From assembly GCA_030704615.1 (NCBI GenBank), contig CM060731.1:68076001-68140000 (forward strand): a stretch of DNA of 64,000 nt, given 5' to 3'. How positions within the stretch are numbered: the first letter of the stretch is position 1; every line of letters begins with the position of its first letter. Shown here one piece after another: positions 55,113 to 64,000 of this stretch. The notes beneath the pieces were generated by a model. The model was not told where the DNA came from. It did not search any database and saw only the letters and a program-made list of their open reading frames with translations. The translations under genes were made by a program, and so were the position numbers. The DNA comes from Takakia lepidozioides (taxonomy: Eukaryota; Plantae; Bryophyta).

Positions 55113-56010
55113 ATATACTCATAAGACGTTGTTTGCCATAGCCTTGTGGCCGTTGACTGCATGCTCCGTTTGAGCTGAACACATGGGACAGAAACTACCT
55201 TTGTAAGGGGCTGAAGCCGGTAGTATGACGTGCCTTGGAACAGACAATTAATCCGAGTTTACCAGATATCCTCTAGAAATCCCTTCACACAAGCATCAAT
55301 CTGCTGTGTGTGGTTTGCCTAATAACTAGGCCCCAAAAGGGCCTGGGCTTTCGACTCGGCCTCGAGACTTTCAAAGTTGGTAAACAGAGGTTCAGGCACA
55401 ATTCCCTTGATGGATTTGAAGACGGCGCAATGAATCAAAAATTAATATTGTCTTCAGGTTGCCCACACAACGGGCAATTGCAATCCTTCTTTCCTCTCTG
55501 CTTCAGTTTGCTGTTCAAAGCTGCCCTGAGTTTAAATTTCAGTCTAGTGCCAAGGGTGGGTAAACCCTGAGGTCATTAATGATGGCCTCTCCCATGTCAC
55601 AGAATGGAAACACGTTCAGGGAAGTTCTCTGCTTAACTTCATTTTCATCAGACAATTTCCTGGCAACAGACATGGCTTTGGACACTACGCCTCTAAGTCA
55701 GATTTATCCAGCAGGGTCAAGACTTGGCTGCTTAGATTCAGATCCTTGAGAATCTCTTCTACTCTCTTCCTCCAGGACTTCGCCTGTTTGACAGGGCGAT
55801 CCTGCTTCCAAGATATAGAGTCTGGTATTAAACATCTGGCATTAAACATATGTTGCAGCTGACCCCACCATCTGATCTTGAGTTCATCTCGTCGGGATCT
55901 TAAGGAAGGGATGCCAAACTCACCCCAAACAGCCACGTTGGCTGTTTTGGAGCATGCTGACATGCATTCCATAAGCACCCCCACTTGAATGGATTCTAGA
56001 GACTTAGCCT
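55113..56010 (-). mobile_element. Older 5'-truncated LINE copy (3' part; continues at 60288-60375)
   Basis: Reverse complement of 59353-60285. Bounded by a degenerate target duplication TTTTGTGGCCGTGAGA (55097-55112) / GTGGCCATGAGA (~60380-60391). Confidence 0.9.
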
Positions 56011-59000
56011 AAAAGTGCTTCTAATAGAGTCCCGCATCAATTCAATCTCAAAGAAGTTCGTCCCTTGACTGGCTGGAGAGCGGTCTTAGACATTGGTGAT
56101 TCAATGGGGCGCTCTAGGAAGACAACCAAGGGCAACAACTTCAACTTGAGAGTTTCTAATCGGTTTGATGCTCTGGATGAGGTTGAATCCAAACAGCCAG
56201 AAGGACAAGATGCCCCTAAGTGTACCGAACCTGAACGTCCTGAATCTGACGGATTTGGTACTCTGAATGGTTTACCAATCCTCAAGGTTTACACAAGACG
56301 AACAAATTCTATACACGGGGTAATTGTCCCCAAGCCGTCAGATGGACAATCTGTCCCTAAGTGTGCAGAGCCTGAACGTCGTGTAACTGAAGGATTTGGT
56401 ACTCTAAATGGTTTACCAATCCTCAAAGTCTACACAAGACGAGCAAAATCTATACACGGGGTAATTGTCCCCAAGCAGTCTGACGGACAATCTGCCCCTA
56501 TGTGTGCGGAGCCTGTGCGTCGTGTAACTGAAAGATTTGGTACCCTGAATGGTTTACCAATTCTCAAAGTTTACACAAGACGAGCAAAATCTACACATGG
56601 GGTAACTGTCCCCCTTTGCAGAACGGTTGGCCGTCCAGGAGCAATCACAAGCTACCTAGACGACAAACAATTCACACGCAAAGGGCTGGCTTGCGGCTGG
56701 CCACTTTCAACTTCTCAGGGTTGACCAACCAAAGGAAACAACTTGAAGTGGGACAAGTTCTTCGGACTAATGATATTCATATCTGTGCTGGGCAAGAAAC
56801 ATGGGAAACGTCGGATAAACTGGTTGGAGATGTCATTGGTTATAAATGGGCAGGTAAGATGTGTACTCTCAAGGCAGCCTCTGCCAAACGCGGTCAAAAA
56901 GGGGTCGGATTCTTTGTCCGTGATTTCTTGCTTGACAATTGTGAAATTATCAACAAGGGTTTGAGGTACGAGCATAGTATCTGGCTAAAACTGAATTTGA
57001 AGGGCGGCATGAGTACAAAGGACCTCTTTGTTGGTTGTGTTTACATGCCCACAGAGGGGACCCTTAGTGCTGACGCAGACAAGGCCTTCGAAGATGTAAA
57101 GCTGGACTGTGCTTCGTTCCTTGCCAAAGGTCAGGTGGTACTATTGGGGGACTTCAATGCCCGGGTGGGCAAAGGGATCCATCAGGACGATATCATTGGA
57201 CCTTTTGGTGAGGACGAGCTGAATTCTAATGGCAGACGGTTAATTAACTGTCTAGAAGAGCTTCAGCTTTTGACCTTGAATAACAGGACAAGAGGTGACC
57301 AAGTGCAGTGGACTCGTGAGAAATCCCAAACTGGGGAACGTTCCATTGTGGACTATATCATAATGGACAAAATTTTGTTCCCCCAGTGTGCCAATGTGTT
57401 GATCGACAGAACTGATATTGGTACCTCTGACCACTTCCTGGTTTGGACTGAGATCAAAAGGTGTTTTCCCACCACCAAGAGATCTGTGAAACGTTCGATT
57501 CGGAAGTGGCGCATAGAAAAATTCCACAATGAGGAGGTCAAGGCTGAGTACGTCCAGGCCTTGCAAGAGGCTCTCCCTCATTTTGTCCAATCACTCCAAG
57601 AACTTCAGTCACGCTCTGTTAACGCAAGAAATGAAGTCGAAAGAGCAGTGGAGAGTTTCGTTTCCTCCGTGGCTGACAAGATCATTGGGAGGAAACTAAT
57701 TGTCTGCGGTAGAGCAGTTAATTGGTGGACTAATGAGATTAAACTCAAGATAGCTGAGAGACGAGCCCTCGATAAAGAGTGCTGCAATTTGGAAACCAAC
57801 AGAGAATTGTGGGCGAGGTACTACCAGCTCCGTAAAGATATCAATGAGCTTGTTAGGTCTCAGAAGAAATTATACTGGGACAAGTTATACAGTGAAATAA
57901 ACTCAAACCACCATGGTGGTAATGACAAGAAATTCTGGTTGGCCCTTCAACGTTTGTACAAGCCGAAAAACGGTCAGCAAGTACAAGCGCTGAAGACTAC
58001 TAAAGGTGCAGTGGTGACTTCATCGGTTGACATTGTCAAAACCTTTGAAACTCACTACAGTATCCTTGGCAGAACTTCTAGGTCTAACAGTGAGGGGGTC
58101 TTCTGCTGAATGGAGGGACACAGTTGGAAAAACTGTTCCTATGATTCAAAACAGCCCTGATGAACTGGAGTATATTTCAATGGCTTATAATGCTCCCATT
58201 AGTTCTTCTGAGATTGTGGAAGCAATTGAACATTTAAATGGATATAAAGCTGGTGGACCTGATGGTATTGTCAACGAGCTTATCAAGCATGGTGGCGATC
58301 CCATGATAGAGGCCCTAGTTCTCCTCTTTAACCTTATCTGGAAGACTGAAATGATCCCCTTTCGCTGGCGACAGGGGGTCATTGTCAATCTATACAAGAA
58401 GGGTGACAGAGAAGAACCGGGGAACTACCGTGGCATCACGCTCCTCAATGCTGTTGGCAAGACATTCTGCAGAGTTATAAGTACTCGTCTCGAGGTTGAT
58501 CTGGAGTCTAGAGGTTGTTTCCACGAAGGCCAAGCTGGCTTTCGGCGAAACAGGGGCTGTGTGGATCATATCTTCATATCTTCACTCTAAGCCAGATTAT
58601 CCAGGGAAGGAAAAAAGAAGGGAAACCCACTTATGTCTTTTTCCTGGATGTCAAAAAGGCTTATGACACAGTGTGGAGAGATGGCCTATGGTTCCGCCTC
58701 TGGTCTTGTGGGATCAAGGGAAAGATGTGGAGAGTTGTCCACAACTTGTATGCTCACACCAAAAGCTGTGTCACTGTTAACGGACAGAAGTCCAACTTCT
58801 TTGACATAGACCAAGGTGTAGCTCAAGGATGTACTCTCTCCCCTCTGCTCTTCAATGTTTTCATCAATCAACTCCTCGAGGATGTGGAAAGTGAGGGATT
58901 TGGGTTAAGGGTGGGTGATACCACCATACCAGCCCTTATGTTTGCGGATGACTTCGCAGGCATAGGGGAGACTCCAACCAATCTCCAGGAGTTGATTGAT

Positions 59001-60287
59001 TGCGCGAAGAAATACTTTGATCTTTGGGGGCTAGAGGCTAATGTCAGCAAATGTGCAGTGGTAGCATTCAACGACAGAGGAGAGGGGGAAGTGATCTTAA
59101 GTGGCAGTGGGGTAGCCAAGAGATCCCGGTCCTCCCTTCCTACACTTACCTGGGCGTTGAGTTCTCCTCCAATTGTAATTGGGATGCACATATCCGGAAA
59201 GTTGTTCAAACTGGCAAGGGCAAAGCTCTGGGGCTCACTAAATTTTTCCACTGCAGAGGGGTCAACTCTGAGGTTAAGAAAACCATGCTTTGTCGCGTTA
59301 TTAGACCTGCCTTGGAGTACGGATCTGCTATATGGGTTGATAACTCCAACCAGGCTAAGTCTCTAGAATCCATTCAAGTGGGGGTGCTTAAGGAGTGTAT
59401 GTCAGCATGCTCCAAAACAGCCAATGTGGCTGTTCGGGGTGAGTTTGGCATTCCGTCCTTAAGCTCCCGACGAGATGAATTCAAGGTCAGATGGTGGGGT
59501 CAGCTGCAACATATGCCCAACACCAGATATCCTAAGTTAATCGACTCTATATCTTGGAAACAGGACCGCCCTGTCAAACAGGCTAAGTCCTGGCAGAAGA
59601 GAGTAGAAGAGATCCTCAAGGACCTGGACCTGGATCCGCAAGTCTTGACCCTGCTGGATAAATCTGACTTAGAGGCTGTAGTGTCCAACCATGTCTGTTG
59701 CCATGAGATTGTCTGATGAAAATGAAGTTAGGCAAAAAACTTCCCTGAACTTGTTTCCAGTCTGTGACATGGGGGAGGACATCTTGGATGACCTCAAGGG
59801 TCTACCCACTCTCGGCACTAGACTGAAATTTAAACTCAGGGCAGGAAGCCTACCTTTGAACAGCAAACAGAAGCAGAGAGGAAAGGGAGAGTGCAATTGC
59901 CCGTTGTGTGGGCAATCTGAAGACAATATTCATTTTCTGATACACTGTCCGGGGTTCTCTCACCAAAGAGACGCTCTCTTCAAATCTATTAAGGGTATTG
60001 TGCCTGTACCCCTGTTTACCAACTTTGAAAGTCTCGAGGCTGAGCCAAAAGCCCAGGCCCTCCTGAGGCCTAGTTTTTGGGCAAATCACACACAGCAGAT
60101 TGATGCTTGTGTGAAGGGATTTCTAGAGGATATCTGGAAAACCCGGATTAATTCTTTATATGGAGGTAAGTCTTACTACCAACGTCAGCCCCTGACAGAG
60201 GTAGGTTCTGTCCCTTTTGTTCCCGCTCAAACTGGGCGCGGGATCAATGGCCACAAGGCTACGGCAAACAACGTCTTATGAGTACAA
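56011..60287 (+). mobile_element. Non-LTR retrotransposon (APE + RT + C-terminal zinc knuckle; RTE-X-like), frameshifted
   Basis: APE motifs ATFNFSGL, GQETW, VYMP, LGDFNARVG, VDYI, SDH. RT motifs FLDVKKAYDTVWR, QGCTLSPLLFN, MFADD. C-terminal CPLC..EDNIHFLIHC. Exact 16-bp TSD TCTAGAGACTTAGCCT (55995-56010, 60288-60303). About 4 frameshifts. Confidence 0.95.
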
Positions 60288-63039
60288 TCTAGAGACTTAG
60301 CCTGGTTGGAGTTATCAACCCATACTGCAGATGCGTACTCCTAGGCAGGCCTACTAACGCGGCAAAGCATGGTTTTGTCGTGGCCATGAGAGAGAGACAG
60401 ACAAACAGATAGTTTTCAAAGTCATCCCCTTATTTTCATTACTGACTCGGGTGCGGGCATGGGGGTGTGCTCCTTTGTGATTTGAAGGAGTTATTGAGTA
60501 CGCCATAGAAAAACTGCCTGATTGGTGGGGATGATTTTAAGAGTGGGCAAACCAAGATGAAATCCGTTCTGGTTGACTTCCTAGTCGGGGCTGGTACCAA
60601 GGTAAAACATTTACGTGAACACTCAAGTCTTCAACATACACACTGTTTCTAGCAATCAGTTCACTGATGTCGAGCCTTTCGGGCTTGTTGTTCTCTGATG
60701 TAAACAGTATTGTACTCCATTCTAATCAGGAGAAAGAGCATGAGAACAGATTCACCTCAGGTATCGATGCTGACACCTACGGTATGTGCCCATATGCAGC
60801 CAACATCGATTGTGAGTTACAATCACTTGGGCAACAATGACGGAATGAACCTTTCTGCTCCCCAGACATTTCGCTCAAAAGAAATTTCCAAGAGCAACGT
60901 GGTGGATGATATGGGGGCCAGCAATTCGATTCTGTATGGGCCTGGGGAACACCCAGACCATGTCATTGTTATCAAGGTATGAACAGTTAGTAAGGCTTCT
61001 TCTATAATATGCTTGAGCCAGGTTGCTGTTCTCTGCAGGCCCAGCAATTTCGAGAACTGTAGCTACATGTGACGTCTGGCTGCCTTCCATTTCCTCCTTT
61101 TCCCTTGAGCCTAGCTCTCTCGTATTCAAGCTGTTTGCTGGGTTGAGACTTGCATGGCGAGCATGCTGACAGGAAAGTAGTCTTCGGTGAGTGGATGAAT
61201 GTGTACAGATGATTGTAGTCCCCTTCACAGCAGGCAGGGAACAATAACTCTTAAAAGTGGCACAGAAGATCAAGTGGTGCCTGCTAAAGTTGAGTTGTGG
61301 CTGGCAGTACGTGCCATATGTAGGGGACAGTAAGCGACCGATGGACGAGTACACATCGGAGATTTTCATGGGAGGTAGGAATACCATTGTAATGCACAAC
61401 ACATGTGAAGACTCTTTGCTCACAGCGCCCCTCATTCTAGACCTGGTGCTACTGGCTGAGCTGTGTTCACGCATTCAATTCAAGGAGGGTGGACAGGTAT
61501 GCTGACAAAATAGCACCTGGTGCTTTTTTTTACCTTTATTGGCTAATTTCCTGCTTAGGCCGTATAGGTCATGCTTTGGTCCTGATGGATTTAATTGTCA
61601 GTCACACATCCATGGCTAGGCTAATGTTTGTGTACTGCTTGGAACGTAGAATGATGGATATCCCTCAAAGCCACGCCCAATCCTGACTGTTTTCTAGGAT
61701 GAAGGTGCCTGTGGTTGTTTGTGAGGGCTGGAGCCTATCACTACTGTTCTGCTTCTTTCACCCTTCCTTTTGAGTAAAGGTGTCTCTTTTGTCCATGAAC
61801 TCCCCATGATTGGCACTTACATGTGCCTCTTTCTTGCAGGAAAAGTTTCACTCATTCCACCCAGTGGCAGCCGTCCTCAGTTACCCTATAAAGGCACCAC
61901 TCATAAGTATCTCCTTTCATCATATTTCTATGTATATTGTTTATGTTTGAGAAGCCGCTTGCATCATGAGCAAGCCCTTCAATCAATAGAAATCTTGTGT
62001 TTGTATGTGTTATTTTAGTCTTCTCTCTTTGAGTTGCAGCTTAGAAACTTATTTTCCTTATGAGAGATCTGTGTACCAATCTTTGTTCACCATCTTTCTT
62101 GGAATGCAGGTGCCGCCAGGGACTCCAGTTGTGAATGCAATCGCCAAGCAGTGCGCAATGCTGGAGAACATTCTGCGGGCTTGCATTGGGCTCTCGCCCG
62201 AAAACAACATGATGCTTGAATACAAATAGAATTATTGCCAGCTTTTAAATACCTGGGACTTGAGATAAGTGAAACCACCCTTCCAGCATCCAGGCAGCCC
62301 CATCTCTTCAGTTTATGTTTGAAGGTTGAGGTGAACTGTCCTGTGCAAACATTTTATTGTATTAAGGACTATATTAAAATTGAAAAATGAGCATTTGTAA
62401 CTTGGGCAAATGCCCCTTTCCCTAGTACACACTCTTTTTTCCAAACTTTTGTCCACATCATTGTGGTGCCCACATATAAACTTCTTCTGCACTTGTGGCT
62501 CAGAAGTTGTTGACTTGGCACCAGAAGAAAAGTGGGGTCAAAAGCCTCAAAAACTCATAACCAGGTGGGTGAGACTGCAACTTCTCCTGTTGCAGCAGTT
62601 GAAGTTGAGGTTGAAGTTGAAGAGTTGAAGAGTTGGGTGCATGATAAGTAATGTGTCCGAACAGCCTGCATAATTGCACGGTAGGGCTGCACTTGTCCTA
62701 CCCTGCTGTAACCACGAAAAGGTGTCATGTCATCATGCAGCTCATCATGTGGTAATCCTTCAACCCATTGGCGACAGAGGGTGGATTATTCACCTGGAAG
62801 CACAAGGTCTGGTAAGCCACACAAGGATCTATCAAAACTCCTTGTTTTTGACCACATCCATCCATCGTTTATTCCTTGCCTTGCCAACACGGTGTGCTGC
62901 CAAAGCCCTCCACGGTATATCCGTGGCAATCCCCGATCACAGAAGATGGTTGTACGTGCAGGTACCTACCTGCACGAAGGGGGCAGGTAGTGAAGCATTT
63001 TGTGGAAGGCCACCAGCTCTCAATGGATGCTGGTACTTC

Positions 63040-63232
63040 GAAAGGGACCCACATTCACTCCTGCAAATTGAAGACCAGAATTGAAATGCGAAGGGGCCCC
63101 ACGTTCACTCCTGCATATTGAAGACTAGAACTGAAATGCGAAAGGGACCCACATTCACTCCTGCAAATTGAAGACTAGAACTGGAATGCGAAAGGGACAC
63201 ACATTCACTCCTGCTGAAGACCAGAAATGAAA
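63040..63232 (+). repeat. ~50-bp tandem repeat, 4 copies
   Basis: GAAAGGGACCCACATTCACTCCTGCAAATTGAAGACCAGAATTGAAATGC and variants. Confidence 0.9.
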
Positions 63233-64000
63233 TGAGCGTGCCTAGCACACCAAGTCACAAGCCTACATGGAGCTGTGGAGATGTATACCTCACGCTTTCA
63301 TCTAATTTCCACAACAACGAAAGGTGGGTTCCCTCGTTCCCTCACATTTACAACGTTACAACGTGCTCGGGTGGTGCTTGGTTGATGTCATTGCAAGTAA
63401 ATTATCATGTCAAGTGTTTGGGAGAGATTGATCAACTCTTTGACTTAAAGATCTCTCCAATCTCTCCAATGCTGAAGTAGTGTATTTGGGGGATGCTCTC
63501 AGCAATTCTCAACTGGCGACGTGGTTCAATATAGGCCGTTCCGACTGTAAGCCAGATAATGGACATTTCGTGAAATCCAGGCCCTCTATGCTCCACATAT
63601 GCCCCCCTTACTCGGCCACTATCCTTGTGCCGAAAAAGCATGAGGTTGAAAAAAGGGCAGCGAATCCAGAAAGTGGGTTGCGTGGGGGCTTGGAGAGATC
63701 AAGACAAATCGAAACTGACAAGGAAGATCGCGTGGCATGTTGGAAGTGTTATAATTTGGAATCGGGCCTAACAATCATTACTAGTAACTAACTTGTTTTT
63801 TGTTATCATTTTTATTCCTGTACCATTTTCTGGTTGATAAATTTCGTACAGGGAAATCCGGAGAGCCGTACGGTGTGGCACGTGGGTTATTTTTATTAGG
63901 CGCGGATGGACTACTTGTTACTCTTCGGCCAGTGCCATGTCGACACGTCATGCAGTCGCTTTCAAATTTAAATCTTCGTTACGCTTGCCCCTTTGGCCTG

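Overview
Eukaryotic, transposon-rich nuclear DNA from a land plant, most likely a non-seed plant (bryophyte or lycophyte). That assignment is an inference from the intron structure, the PLS-PPR fragments and the TE types. Host genes: an intact 10-exon myo-inositol-1-phosphate synthase (MIPS, minus, 30121-34511), an intact 5-exon Mediator subunit MED6 (minus, 50377-52076), and a scrambled, inverted MIPS pseudogene (52452-62229). In that pseudogene exons 2-5 are flipped, the 5' region has been split by the MED6 segment, and intron 5 holds a LINE nested in an older copy of itself. The most striking element is a ~14 kb Mutator-like unit (about 12.6-26.5 kb). It carries a decayed MULE-SWIM transposase and a convergent zinc-finger / acidic-repeat / Ulp1-protease gene. 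Its non-coding segments and one exon are carpeted with a single GT(A/C)ACCC motif, resembling the VANDAL sequence-specific anti-silencing architecture. Other elements: a Sola-like DDE transposase next to a 2 kb array of GCGACCGCC-loop-GGCGGTCGC palindromes, a PHD-finger-bearing Gypsy remnant, a Crypton-like tyrosine recombinase remnant, a Pack-MULE-like element fusing asparagine synthetase exons to PPR repeats, two Tourist MITEs and tRNA-derived heads. All family assignments come from motif recognition by eye; no searches were run.
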